Shown: positions 1-10,244, numbered from the stretch's first letter. The stretch: 64,000 nucleotides of DNA from Armatimonadota bacterium (GCA_046292385.1 JBKBRF010000009.1:64001-128000); one strand, 5' to 3'. Numbers and translations: made by a program. Notes: generated from the letters alone by a model not told the origin.

Positions 1-83
1 CAGTGCCTCGCTGCATTGCGGTGACACCGACTCACCCGCACGCCGGCAGCCGTCTCCTCTTTCATCTCCCTTCTCCGTCTTGT

Positions 84-1436
84 CTACCGGAGCAGCGGCA
101 GCATCAGCGTCGCCAGGCCGAGGAAGAAGAGGAAGCCGCACACGTCGGTGACGGTGGTGACGAAGACGCCCGAGGCCTGGGCGGGGTCGAGCTTCAGCTT
201 TCGCAGGGCGAGCGGCACCCCGAAGCCAGCCAGGGCGGCGGCGATCATATTGAGGAGCATCGCCGCGGCGATGACGAGGCCCATCCACGGGTTCCCCCGC
301 CAGAGCCAGACCGCCGCGCCGACGAGGGTGCCGACGGCGCACCCGTTCGCGGCGCCGAGCGCCAGCTCTTTCACGAAGGTGCGGCGCGCGTTGCGCCAGT
401 CGAGCTCGCCCAGCGCGAGACCGCGGACGATGATGGTGAGCGTCTGGATGCCGGCGTTGCCGCCCTGTCCGGCGACGATCGTCTGCAGCGCCGCCAGGGC
501 GGCGACCCGCTCGATCGTGCCCTCGAAGAAGCTGATCACCCACGCCGCCAGGAACGCCGTGCCGAGGTTGACGTAGAGCCAGGGGAGCCGCTTGCGCAGG
601 GAGAAGCCGAAGGAGGAGTAGACGCTCTCATCTTCCGAGAGACCGACCATCCGGTACATGTCCTCGGAGCTCTCTTCCTCCGCGATCTCCCGGAGGCGGG
701 CATGCGTGATCTGGCCCCGGAGCACGCCGCGGCTGTCGATGATCGGCAGCGCCAGCAGGTGGGAGCGCTGCGCGCGGATCGAAGCCTGCTCCTGGTCTTC
801 GTAGGTGTAGGCGAACTCCACGTCCCGCCGCATTACCTCCGAGACGGCAAGCTGCGGCCGCTGGAGCAGGAGCACGTCGAGCGGCAGGTAGCCCTGCAGG
901 CGGCCGGCGGCGTCTACGACCCAGACCTCCTGCACCTCGTCCAGCTCGTCCGCCCGCTCCCGCAGCGAGGCGATCGCCTCTTCCAGGGTCATCTCCGGGC
1001 GCACCGCCGGAGCCCCGAACGCCATTGCGCGGCCGGCCGACTCGTCGTCGTAGCCGAGCAGCTCCCGCAGCTCCTGGGCCTCGTCCGGGTCGATGCGGCG
1101 GAGGACGTCGTCCGCGACCGCCGGGTCGGTGTCCTCCAGGAGGACGACCGCTTCTTCGGAGTCGAGGTCGGAGACCATCTCCGCCAGCCGCTCCGACTCC
1201 AGGTCTTCCAGCAGCTCGTCGCGGACGGTCTCGTCCAGGAGCGTGGCGACTTCCCCGGCCAGCTGTGGGCGGAGGGCGTCGAAGACGACCTCGCGCACCT
1301 CGTCGTTCGCGTGCTCCAGGAGGTCGGCCAGGTCTTCCGGCGGCTGCTCTTCCAGCACGCGGCGGAGGTCCGTGACGGCCCCTTCCCGGACCAGCTCCTC
1401 CACCGTCTCGGTTAGTAGCCGGTGCTCTTCCTGCAT
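84..1436 (-). CDS. mgtE: Magnesium transporter MgtE
   Basis: Acidic MgtE_N region, CBS pair, and C-terminal TM domain with RLPWLYVNL, GQGGNAGIQT, DPAQASGVFVTTVTDVCG. Start trimmed to MQEEHR (ATG at 1436, GGAG upstream), giving 450 aa. Confidence 0.93.
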   Translation of the reverse strand: MQEEHRLLTETVEELVREGAVTDLRRVLEEQPPEDLADLLEHANDEVREVVFDALRPQLAGEVATLLDETVRDELLEDLESERLAEMVSDLDSEEAVVLLEDTDPAVADDVLRRIDPDEAQELRELLGYDDESAGRAMAFGAPAVRPEMTLEEAIASLRERADELDEVQEVWVVDAAGRLQGYLPLDVLLLQRPQLAVSEVMRRDVEFAYTYEDQEQASIRAQRSHLLALPIIDSRGVLRGQITHARLREIAEEESSEDMYRMVGLSEDESVYSSFGFSLRKRLPWLYVNLGTAFLAAWVISFFEGTIERVAALAALQTIVAGQGGNAGIQTLTIIVRGLALGELDWRNARRTFVKELALGAANGCAVGTLVGAAVWLWRGNPWMGLVIAAAMLLNMIAAALAGFGVPLALRKLKLDPAQASGVFVTTVTDVCGFLFFLGLATLMLPLLR

Positions 1437-1556
1437 CCGCACTCTCCGCCGGGGTGCCGCGCTCCCCTGACCGTCCGCCCGCCATGCGGAGTAGAATCCT
1501 CCGGACGGGCGCCGCGTCCGTCCAGAACAGCGTATCCCGAGCCGAGGACTGCGACC

Positions 1557-2024
1557 ATGAAATCCCCCGCCCTGCTCCCCACTTTGCTGGCTGCCGGCAG
1601 CCTGGCCGCTTATCTGCTGCTGGCGGGCCTCCCGGCGCGTGATGCTGGCGCCCAGGCCCCAGGCGCCACCCCGTTCCGCCACGTGCTCCTCGTCCCGCCG
1701 GACGACAAGGACTACGTGCTGGTCAAGATTCCGAACGGCGGGAAGGCAGTGGTCACGGACATCATCGCCTACAACAGCGCGGACGGAAACGGCCACAAAG
1801 TCGCTCCCACCGCGGAGAGCTACCTGTGGGTCGGCGGCTATGTGGACGGGAAGTCGGTGGGGCTCGTCAACCGGATGCGGGTGCTCGGCAACGAGACCGA
1901 GCAGTGGCACCTGGAGACCGGCCTGGAGCTGAGCGGCGCCGGCGAGCTGCTCGTCTCCAGCGAAAAGGAGGCGCCCGGCGCCTCGCCGGCACTGGTCTAC
2001 GTGACGGGATACCTGACGCGCTGA
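1557..2024 (+). CDS. Hypothetical secreted protein
   Basis: GAGG upstream of ATG 1557; signal-peptide-like MKSPALLPTLLAAGSLAAYLLLAG followed by a beta-rich domain; divergent from mgtE. Confidence 0.7.
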   Translation: MKSPALLPTLLAAGSLAAYLLLAGLPARDAGAQAPGATPFRHVLLVPPDDKDYVLVKIPNGGKAVVTDIIAYNSADGNGHKVAPTAESYLWVGGYVDGKSVGLVNRMRVLGNETEQWHLETGLELSGAGELLVSSEKEAPGASPALVYVTGYLTR

Positions 2025-2230
2025 CCTGGGGTGAACGGGCTTCCGAGCCGCGGCTCACACCTCTTTGCGAGTAGGGCCGTGCGTCCACGCAGGCCGAAGA
2101 CTGGCTCGCTCTCGGCTCCCGCTTCTCATGAGGTACCCCCTCGGAACCGGCTCGCGAGAGCAGATCAAAATCCGGGTGATAAACTACGGAGGCCCGGAGC
2201 GTATCCGCGGCGGTCTGGAGGGCCGAAGGA

Positions 2231-3397
2231 ATGAGCGACGAAGTCGAGCGAGAAGCACCCGTAACCGAGGCGGAGGTCCTGCGCGCACTGCAGGTGGTGG
2301 AGCATCCGCACCTGGGCGGCGACCTGGTCAGCCGCGGGCTCATCCGCGGCGTCAAGGTTTGCGAGGGGAACGTCGCGTTCGAGCTGCTGCTGCCGCCCCC
2401 GGCCGAGGGACTGCGCCCGGAGCTGCAGGAGCGCGCCCGCGCGGCGGTGCAGCGGCTCCCGGGAGTGACGATGGTCAACGTGCGCGCGGCCGCGGCCCCT
2501 TCCGCTCCGCAGCCGGCGGCACCTCCGCGCCAGGCCCAGCCGGGCTCCCCGCTGGGGGGGCCGCAGCCGGCCGGTCCCTCCATCCTCCCGGGCGTCAAGC
2601 ACGTGATCGCCGTCGGCTCCGGTAAGGGCGGCGTGGGGAAGTCGACTGTCTCCGTCAACCTGGCGGTGGCGCTGGCGCAGCAGGGAGCGCGGGTCGGGCT
2701 CCTCGACGCGGACGTCTACGGACCCAGCATCCCGATGATGATGGGCGTGCGGCAGACGCCGCTGGTGGAAGCCGGCAAGATGCTGCCGCTGGAGCAGCAC
2801 GGCGTGCAGCTCATGTCGCTCGGCTTCCTGATGCCGGACGACTCCGCGCACGTGATCTGGCGCGGGCCGATGGTCGGCGGCGCGGTGCGGCAGATGCTGA
2901 CCGACGTGAAGTGGGGCGAGCTCGACTACCTGCTGGTCGACCTCCCTCCCGGCACCGGCGACGCGCAGCTGACGCTGGCGCAGACGGTGCCGATCACCGG
3001 CGCGGTGGTGGTGATGACCAGCCAGGACGTGGCGGTCAATATCGCCAGCAAGGCGGTCGGCATGTTCCGCAAGCTGAACGTGCCGATCCTCGGCGTGGTT
3101 GGAAACATGGACAGCTTCGCGTGCCCCGCGTGCGGCACCCACACCCCGATCTTCACCCGCGGCGGCAGCGAGAGCGCCGCGCAGAAGCTGGGGGTGCCGT
3201 TCCTGGGAAGCGTGCCGCTCGACCCGCAGACGGTGGAGCACGGCGACGCCGGCACCCCGACGGTGATCGCGGCGCCCGACTCGGCGCAGGCGGCGGCGTT
3301 CCGGGCGATCGCGGAGAACGTGACGCGCCACCTGGAGCAGGACACCGATTCCGGCGACCCGTTCGGCGGGCTGCTGCACCAGTTCGGCGGAAGATAA
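2231..3397 (+). CDS. mrp: Mrp/ApbC (NBP35 family) Fe-S cluster carrier ATPase with N-terminal DUF59-like domain
   Basis: GSGKGGVGKST, DADVYGPSIP, WRGPM, VDLPPGTGDAQL and CPAC motifs; AAGGA RBS. Confidence 0.93.
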   Translation: MSDEVEREAPVTEAEVLRALQVVEHPHLGGDLVSRGLIRGVKVCEGNVAFELLLPPPAEGLRPELQERARAAVQRLPGVTMVNVRAAAAPSAPQPAAPPRQAQPGSPLGGPQPAGPSILPGVKHVIAVGSGKGGVGKSTVSVNLAVALAQQGARVGLLDADVYGPSIPMMMGVRQTPLVEAGKMLPLEQHGVQLMSLGFLMPDDSAHVIWRGPMVGGAVRQMLTDVKWGELDYLLVDLPPGTGDAQLTLAQTVPITGAVVVMTSQDVAVNIASKAVGMFRKLNVPILGVVGNMDSFACPACGTHTPIFTRGGSESAAQKLGVPFLGSVPLDPQTVEHGDAGTPTVIAAPDSAQAAAFRAIAENVTRHLEQDTDSGDPFGGLLHQFGGR

Positions 3398-3570
3398 GGT
3401 CTCCCGGGAACCCCGGCTTCGCGGAACACGTCTCTCTGGTGAGAGACAGGACCTCGCTGCGGTGCGGCGAGGCCCTGTCGTCGTTCCGGCTACCCCGCCT
3501 TCCCGCTCCGCGCCGCGGATCTCCCGGCCCGACTAGGAAACCGCGCGCCCCGAGTCGTAACATAAGGTAG

Positions 3571-5205
3571 TTGGACGGCCCGCCCCGCTCGGCGGCGGGT
3601 AACGACAGGAGGTTCCCCTTGCTGGATGGTGAAGGTCTTCAACCCTCGAGCGATACCGAGACTCTCGTCCGGATCCTCGGCCGCACCGCGTCGCTGCTGC
3701 AGGCGCGCGGCTGCGGGGTGTTCATCTGGGACAAGGACAAGAACCAGCTTAGTGCCATGCGGCCGTTCTTCGGGGTGGAAGACGGCGGCCTGAAGTCGCT
3801 CGAGTTTCCGGTCTCCAGCTCCGCCATGGGGAGCGCGGTCCTGCAGGACCGGCCCGTGCTGATGGACGAGACCTCCAACGGGCATCCGGACGAGCAGGCG
3901 CTCCGCACGCTCGACATCCAGAACGCGGTCTCCGTCCCGCTCGCCATCGAGCGCCGCGACGAAGGCAACATGGTGGTCGAGCGCAGCATCATGGGAGTCT
4001 TCTGCGCCTTCGACAAGTTTTACGGCCGGAAGTTCGACCTGGAAGACGCCAAGCTGCTCAGCATGATGGCGCGCCAGGCCTCCGCCGTCCTCGTCACCAG
4101 CCAGCTCTACTGGAAGGAAGTAGAGCGGACCAAGCGGCTGCACGAGATCTTCAAGAACACCTCGGTCGGCCTGATGGCGATCTCGCCAAAGGGCACCGTG
4201 ACCCAGATCAACCCCGCGGCGCAGCGAGCGCTCTCGATGGACCCGGACGGCTGGTTCGGCAAGTCGTACGAGGAAGTGATCTCTAACCGGGAGATCTGCG
4301 AGATCATTGGCGACGCGCAGGCCGGCAACCCGTCCGCGGAGCCGAAAGAGCTCACCCTCTACGAAGAGGCAGAAGACGGCGAGCGGGACGAGCGGATTTA
4401 CCGCATCCAGACCGACCCGATCCGCTCCGAAGACGGCGAGCCGATGGGCTGGGTGATCGTGTTCGAGAACATCACCGACATCCGCCGCGGCGAGCAGATG
4501 ATGGCTGCGTTCGTCGACATGGTCTCCCACGAGCTGCGGACGCCGCTGACGCCGATCCGCGGCTTCGTCTCCACCCTGCTCCAGGCCGGCGAAGGGATGT
4601 TCGACTGGGAGACCCAGGCGGAGTTCCTCCAGATCGTCGACACCGAGGCGGAGCGCCTGGGAGTGCTGATCGACGACCTGCTCAACATCGCGCGCATCCA
4701 GAACGGCCGCGGCCTGCAGTTCCACTTCACGCCGACCAACCTGCACTCGATGGCGGAGCAGGTGGTGCGGCTCCAGGCGCAGAGCTCCTATAAGAAGCCG
4801 ACCCACACGCTGGCGGTGGACATCCCCGACGGGCTGGTGATCCAGGCCGATGAGGGCAAGCTGATCCAGATCCTCCACAACCTGGTCGGCAACGCCCTCA
4901 AGTACTCCCCCGATGGCGGCGAGGTGAAGATCTCCGCCGTGGTAGAGGATGACGGCGTCAAGGTCGGGATCCACGACCAGGGCCTCGGCATCCCGCCGGA
5001 TGCGCTCCCCAAGATGTTCGGGCAGTTCTTCCGCGTGGAGTCGAGCGGACACACCGGCATCAAGGGCACCGGTCTCGGCCTCTGGCTCACCAAGTACATG
5101 GTGGAAGGCCATACCGGCCGCATCTGGGTCGAGAGCGAGTGGGGCCAGGGCAGCGTCTTCTATATCTGGCTGCCCAAGTCGCCCAGCGTGAAGAGTGACG
5201 ACTAG
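3571..5205 (+). CDS. GAF-PAS sensor histidine kinase (cytoplasmic; start codon uncertain)
   Basis: H-box VSHELRTPLT, N-box NLVGNALKYS, G1 DQGLGIP, F-box FGQFFRV, G2 GTGLGL; N-terminal GAF and PAS-like regions; no obvious TM segment. Confidence 0.9.
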   Translation: MDGPPRSAAGNDRRFPLLDGEGLQPSSDTETLVRILGRTASLLQARGCGVFIWDKDKNQLSAMRPFFGVEDGGLKSLEFPVSSSAMGSAVLQDRPVLMDETSNGHPDEQALRTLDIQNAVSVPLAIERRDEGNMVVERSIMGVFCAFDKFYGRKFDLEDAKLLSMMARQASAVLVTSQLYWKEVERTKRLHEIFKNTSVGLMAISPKGTVTQINPAAQRALSMDPDGWFGKSYEEVISNREICEIIGDAQAGNPSAEPKELTLYEEAEDGERDERIYRIQTDPIRSEDGEPMGWVIVFENITDIRRGEQMMAAFVDMVSHELRTPLTPIRGFVSTLLQAGEGMFDWETQAEFLQIVDTEAERLGVLIDDLLNIARIQNGRGLQFHFTPTNLHSMAEQVVRLQAQSSYKKPTHTLAVDIPDGLVIQADEGKLIQILHNLVGNALKYSPDGGEVKISAVVEDDGVKVGIHDQGLGIPPDALPKMFGQFFRVESSGHTGIKGTGLGLWLTKYMVEGHTGRIWVESEWGQGSVFYIWLPKSPSVKSDD

Positions 5206-5239
5206 TAATCCGTCAGTCCGGGATAGAGTGGTGGATTTG

Positions 5240-5390
5240 GCAAGGGAGAGTGGGAGACGTCGGTTGCAGGTTAGCAAGTTGGCACGTTGCAGGTTGAGCC
5301 GCCGGTGGGCGGGTTCGGAACCTGCAACCGGTTAACCTGCAACCTGAAAACAGATGGGAGCGGGGCTCCCACTCCCCCACTCTCCCTTGC
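5240..5390. repeat. Nested palindromic short-repeat element (octamer GGGAGAGT arms enclosing heptamer GCAGGTT/AACCTGC arms)
   Basis: 15-bp perfect inverted repeat GCAAGGGAGAGTGGG (5240-5254) / CCCACTCTCCCTTGC (5376-5390), enclosing inverted GCAGGTT-type arrays at about 5262-5296 and 5319-5346. Confidence 0.8.
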
Positions 5391-5464
5391 TCCCACTCCA
5401 AGAGATCAGAAGCTGGAAAGCGCCGCAGATCGATGCGCTGCGGAGTCCTGGGGGTAGCTAAACG

Positions 5465-7330
5465 ATGTCCCGGCGCCTTGCCGCGCTCGCGTGCCTGCTG
5501 TTCAGTGTCACGGGGCTGCTGGTAGCGCTGGGAAGCGTCCCCCAGCTCATGCGGTTCCCGCTGGAGCGTCTCAAGGAGATGGACCAGGGGCCGCTCCCCC
5601 TCGCGGCCGTCTGGCTGGAAGGCCTCCGGCCGACGGTGCAGCTCCTCGGGCGCGCGGAGCGCCTGCTGACGGGCCTGCTGGCGCTGGCTCTGATCGGCGC
5701 CTTCACCGTCCTGGCATACCAGCTCAACCCGGCGTTCCACCTGCTCAAGCCCCCGAAAGAGCGGGTCGGCAAGGGGCTGTCGGTCCATATCGACGTCCCG
5801 CGCCTGATCCGGGCGGGCCTGGCCCTGGTGATCTCGGTCTGGCTTGCCGGCTGCCTCGCTCCGCTCGCCGCACTCTTCGGGCCCAACCCCGCCGGTGGGG
5901 CGGAGGTGGGCGCCGGCACGCGCGCGGCCTGGCTGCTGCTGGGGGGTATCCCCGCCTGGACCGCCGGCATCTCCGGCGTAATGGGCGCCGTGGTCCATTC
6001 GCTGCTGCTGTTCCTGGCGCTCTGGCTGATCTGGGGCCCGGGCGGCCTGGTAACCCCGGGACGGGAGCTGCTGACGCACGCCACCCCGGTCTGGGGCGTG
6101 CTCGCCGGCCTGGCCGGTTTCCCCGCGATCCTGGCGCTCGCCGACGGCCGGCCGTGGATGATCCTGACCGGATCCGCCATCAGCCTGGCCGACCCCCGCT
6201 CGTGGAAGATCCTGCTCGCGCTCTGGCTCCTGGCCCCCGTCGCCGCGGGCGCGTACCTCGGGCTGCACGTCATGCTGTTCCGCCCGCGCCCGCTCCAGGG
6301 ACGGGCGCTCAGCATCGGCGCCCTCTGCGCCACCGCGCTGCTGCTGCTGGGCGCCCTCGTAGCCGGAAAGGCGCGCGCGGCGATGGCAGCGCTCGACGTG
6401 GAGGCGCTGAGCCTCGCCTCCACGCTGCGGCTGCAGCCGTCGCCGCTGATGCGCTTCGTCTACGTCCTGGCGCCGGACGGCAACATCTATCCCGGCTCCG
6501 CGGAGGATGGCTCCAACAGCGGCCCGCGCGACCGGATCGCCGCCACCAAGGAGACGATCCTCGAGGTCGAGCGCTTCCTGGAAGAGCGGAGCTACAACAC
6601 CGCCCTCGCCTTCCGCGCCTTCTGGCACCTGCACGACTGCGCCTCCCTCGACTGGCTCTCCACGCGCAGCCTGGAGGTCGACTTGAAGATGCTGGAGCGC
6701 GCGCCTTCCCAGATGGCGGCCGACCTGCTGCTGGAGAAGCTCGCCGATTGTCCGATCACCCCGGAGAACCGGAAAGTGCTGGACGCCCTCGCCGATCCGG
6801 AGCGGTTCCGCTGGCCACAGCCGCACGGCGCCCGCTGGCTTTCCGCCGCGTACCTCCGCTTTGGTGAGCGAGAGCTGGCCCGCGAGTTCCTGGGCCGCTC
6901 CGAGCTGAACCGGGAGCAGCTCGCCCAGGCGCTCGGCGGGATCACGCCGCTCACCGATGGAAAAGTGCGCGGCCGGCTCACGCTGGATGGGCGGCGCATC
7001 GAATTCGTGCGGCTGGGCCTGATCAACGTCACCAAGTGGCGGCGGATCGTCGGCACCCGCCGCCCGTTCCAGTGGCGCCACGTCTCCGCGATGACCCACA
7101 CCGACGCGGAGGGCCGCTTCGAGTTCACCGACCTCCCGCAGGGGCGCTACGTGCTGGTGGTCACCGGCGGCGGCATCGGGCAGAAGACGTGGCAGCCCGT
7201 GGCCGACCGCCACCCCGGAGTGATCCAGCTCGACCGGTTCTACCCGGTGCACGAGCTGGGTCCCATCAACATCCGGTACGTCGAGCCGGTCCGCCCCCCG
7301 CGCAACACCGACCTCGGCACCCTCGCCTAA
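5465..7330 (+). CDS. Multi-pass membrane protein with C-terminal helical and carboxypeptidase-regulatory-like (Cna-B/transthyretin fold) domain
   Basis: About 7-8 hydrophobic segments in the N-terminal half; C-terminal GKVRGRLTLDG...TDAEGRFEFTDLPQGRYVLVV signature. Confidence 0.7.
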   Translation: MSRRLAALACLLFSVTGLLVALGSVPQLMRFPLERLKEMDQGPLPLAAVWLEGLRPTVQLLGRAERLLTGLLALALIGAFTVLAYQLNPAFHLLKPPKERVGKGLSVHIDVPRLIRAGLALVISVWLAGCLAPLAALFGPNPAGGAEVGAGTRAAWLLLGGIPAWTAGISGVMGAVVHSLLLFLALWLIWGPGGLVTPGRELLTHATPVWGVLAGLAGFPAILALADGRPWMILTGSAISLADPRSWKILLALWLLAPVAAGAYLGLHVMLFRPRPLQGRALSIGALCATALLLLGALVAGKARAAMAALDVEALSLASTLRLQPSPLMRFVYVLAPDGNIYPGSAEDGSNSGPRDRIAATKETILEVERFLEERSYNTALAFRAFWHLHDCASLDWLSTRSLEVDLKMLERAPSQMAADLLLEKLADCPITPENRKVLDALADPERFRWPQPHGARWLSAAYLRFGERELAREFLGRSELNREQLAQALGGITPLTDGKVRGRLTLDGRRIEFVRLGLINVTKWRRIVGTRRPFQWRHVSAMTHTDAEGRFEFTDLPQGRYVLVVTGGGIGQKTWQPVADRHPGVIQLDRFYPVHELGPINIRYVEPVRPPRNTDLGTLA

Positions 7331-8374
7331 TCACCTGCTCGGAGCCAGGCGCTCGACGTCTTGCCAGAACTCCCGCTCCACCTCCTCGAGAGCAGCACCC
7401 AGCACCCGCGCGACGTCACGGTCGAACGTCTCTGCCCGGCAGGTGTTGTAGAGCCGGAAGAAGCGCTCGGCGCCGTAGCGACGCACCAGAAAGTCGACGA
7501 AGGCGCCGCCGATCCCGTACACCGGGCCGCTGTCCTGGTGGTACCAGTCGGGACTCGTCAGCTCCCGCACTCCCGGCGCCCCGTCACCGTCGCGCAAGTA
7601 CAGGGCGCGTGCGGCAAGGTCGGCAATGTCTTTTCCACTGCGTGCTTCCGCCCAGCCTTCATGCAGGAGCATCGGCGGATCGGCGAAGGGTGGGCGCTGC
7701 AGAGCTGCGAAAGCGTGTGCCAGCTCGTGCCGGTCGACATTCGGACCGGACCACGAGTGCGGGCTCGAGGCGCTGCCGGCTGCCAACCCGAAGAACGAGA
7801 AGCCGCCGCGACCCAGGAGGGGCCCCCGTGCCCAGATCACTCGCTTCCCAGAACCGGCCGGATACTCCCGCTCCAGCGCCTCGAGATGCGCCTCCATCGC
7901 GGCGAGGTCCGCTTCCGGGCTCTCCAGGTGGTGAAAGACCATCGTGATCCGCTTGCCCTGGAGACGGTGGGGATACCGGAACTGCGCCTCGCCCACCGCC
8001 GCGGAGGCGGCGGCGATCTTCACCAGCTCCAAGGCGAGCCCGCGCGGCACCCGCCGGTCCGACCACTGGCGCCGGGCAGTCTCCCCGGCGGCCGCCGTCA
8101 GCAAGAGCGGCACGAGCCCCAGCGCCGTCCAGGCGAAAGCCCGACCCCGTGCGGGTCCACGGATGATCCTGTACAGCCCTCCCACGAGCAGCAGCCCCGC
8201 AGCGGCGAGCCAGAGCGCCATGAGCAGGGCGAACGGCCAGAACCAGGGCAGTCCAACCCCCGCGCGAAGCTGCAGCCAGAGGAGCAGGATCTCGAGACTC
8301 CAGCACGACCACGCGAGCCCGACGAAGACCGGAAGCCGGTTTCGACGCTGGAGAGGCCTCTTCTCGGGGGACAT
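7331..8374 (-). CDS. Membrane-anchored putative zinc metallopeptidase (peptidase MA/gluzincin-like)
   Basis: Three N-terminal TM segments; HELAH followed by LLHEGWAE and Y..GGAFVDFLVRRYG. Confidence 0.65.
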   Translation of the reverse strand: MSPEKRPLQRRNRLPVFVGLAWSCWSLEILLLWLQLRAGVGLPWFWPFALLMALWLAAAGLLLVGGLYRIIRGPARGRAFAWTALGLVPLLLTAAAGETARRQWSDRRVPRGLALELVKIAAASAAVGEAQFRYPHRLQGKRITMVFHHLESPEADLAAMEAHLEALEREYPAGSGKRVIWARGPLLGRGGFSFFGLAAGSASSPHSWSGPNVDRHELAHAFAALQRPPFADPPMLLHEGWAEARSGKDIADLAARALYLRDGDGAPGVRELTSPDWYHQDSGPVYGIGGAFVDFLVRRYGAERFFRLYNTCRAETFDRDVARVLGAALEEVEREFWQDVERLAPSR

Positions 8375-8405
8375 CCGGCTCCAGCCCTCACTTCGGGAGC
8401 CCGCG

Positions 8406-10244
8406 TCAGAGCTCCCGCACGTAGCGCAGGACTGCCTTCAGCTCTTCCGGCGTGAGCTCCTGCGCCTTGCCGTGCTTCCCGGCGGCGTTCCAGCGCGCGA
8501 AGATCTCCTCCAGCGTGGCGGCGCGGCCGTCGTGGAGGTAGGGCGCGCTGTCGTAGACGCCGACGAGCTGCGGCACGTCGAGAGTCTTTCCCTCCGGCGT
8601 GGTGCCGATCCACGCGTTCAGGCCGCTGCCGCCCGCCTTGGGGCCGGCATGGCAGCCGGAGCAGCCCGCCTTCCCTTCGAAGAGGGCCTTCCCCTGCCGG
8701 GCTTCGCCGGTCAGGTCGCCCGACTCCTCGCGGTGGGGGTTGGGCGGCAGTCGGAAGGCGTCGACCGCCGCGATCAGCGCCGCGGTTTCCTCCGGCGTCG
8801 GCCTGGGACCGTAGAGGAGCCCGGTCACCTCCTCCTCCACGAACTGCTCCAGGTGTGCGTCGGCTCCGGACCACCGGAACGGCGCGGTGCCGCCGATCCC
8901 CGTGCGGAGGTCGCGGGAGCTGCGGCGGTCCAGCCCGTCCTGCACGTGGGCGAAGCGCCACGTCAGGCCGTCGGTCCCGCCGTCCGGATGGCAGGAGGCG
9001 CAGGTGAAGCGGTGCGACCGGGTGAGCCGCGCGTTGTGGAACAGGTACTGTCCCTGGATCGTGGGATCGACCCGAGAGGCAGCTCCCAGGGGGACCGCAG
9101 CGAGCACCTGGCTCCCGATCGCGTCGACGATCGACAGGCTGTTCCCCAGGTGGTTGGCGACCCAGACTTCCTTACCGTCCGGGCTCAGCGCCAGGCCGCG
9201 CGGGTTGGCGCCGACCAGCGTCTCCACCTGGGAGAACGGCCAGATCGAGATGCGGCGGCGGTCGTGGATGGTGAAGCGGGTCACCATATCGCGGCCGGCC
9301 ACGGAGACCCAGGCGTGCTGCGCCGCTTTGTCGAGGACGATGTCGTGCTGGTCCGGCGAGCCGATCACCTCCACGGAGCCCGGGATCCGCGCGAAGTCGG
9401 TCCACTGGTCCTCCCCCACCTCGCTCGCGGCCCCGCGCAGCTCTACCGCCTGGATCACGTTGTGCCAGATCTCCTTCGGGTCGGTGGTCACTTTGGTGTT
9501 GAAGGCCGGCATCAACGTGGCGTAGGCTTCCTTCCCGTCCGCGGTCACCGCCACGCCGCGGACGTTGATGCCTTTCAGCTTCACCTGCGCCGGCTCCGCC
9601 TCCGAGGTGACGTCGACCACGCTCAGCGATCCGCCCGCCAGGTTCGCCACCACCACCGTCTTGCCGTCGGGCGTGATCGCCACCGCTCGCGGACGCCGCC
9701 CCACCGGGATCCGCCGGACGATCTCGCCGCTGGAGAGGTCGAGCACCGCCAGTTCGTCGAGCTGGCTCACCGTCACGTAGGCGTGCTTCCCATCCGGCGA
9801 GACCGCCACCCCGTACGGCATGCCCGGGATGCGCGCGGTGAGGCGCGGCTTGCCCTCGGCGGCTCCGAGCACGGAGACCGTCCCGGAGTAGCTGTTGGCG
9901 ACGACGACCTCGCTGCCGTCCGGGGTGAGCGCCAGCCCTCGCGGCATCTCGCCGCCGGTGGGAAAGCGGGAGAGCACCCGGCGCTCCCGGGCGTCGATGA
10001 CCGCGACCGTGCCCTCGGCGCTCTCAGTCACGTAAACGCGGGAGCCGTCCGGGGAGAAGACCAGATCGTACGGGGCCCGGTTGCCCTGCACCGCGGGCGC
10101 CGCGGCGGGGATGGCGGGCGGCGGGGGCTGCTGACTCGCCACCACGGCCGACCCGGTCACCGTCAGGAGAAGCGCTCCGCAGGCGAGCCACCCGCGGAGA
10201 CGGCCGGAATGAGACTGCCGCTGGACCACCACGTTAGAGATCAA
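8406..10244 (-). CDS. Secreted YVTN beta-propeller protein fused to a diheme cytochrome c (cytochrome c peroxidase-like) domain
   Basis: Signal peptide; repeated P.G.A.SPDG...YVT/VVAN blades; heme motifs CASCH and CSGCH; VPQLVGVYDSAPYLHDGRAATLEE. Confidence 0.85.
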   Translation of the reverse strand: MISNVVVQRQSHSGRLRGWLACGALLLTVTGSAVVASQQPPPPAIPAAAPAVQGNRAPYDLVFSPDGSRVYVTESAEGTVAVIDARERRVLSRFPTGGEMPRGLALTPDGSEVVVANSYSGTVSVLGAAEGKPRLTARIPGMPYGVAVSPDGKHAYVTVSQLDELAVLDLSSGEIVRRIPVGRRPRAVAITPDGKTVVVANLAGGSLSVVDVTSEAEPAQVKLKGINVRGVAVTADGKEAYATLMPAFNTKVTTDPKEIWHNVIQAVELRGAASEVGEDQWTDFARIPGSVEVIGSPDQHDIVLDKAAQHAWVSVAGRDMVTRFTIHDRRRISIWPFSQVETLVGANPRGLALSPDGKEVWVANHLGNSLSIVDAIGSQVLAAVPLGAASRVDPTIQGQYLFHNARLTRSHRFTCASCHPDGGTDGLTWRFAHVQDGLDRRSSRDLRTGIGGTAPFRWSGADAHLEQFVEEEVTGLLYGPRPTPEETAALIAAVDAFRLPPNPHREESGDLTGEARQGKALFEGKAGCSGCHAGPKAGGSGLNAWIGTTPEGKTLDVPQLVGVYDSAPYLHDGRAATLEEIFARWNAAGKHGKAQELTPEELKAVLRYVREL

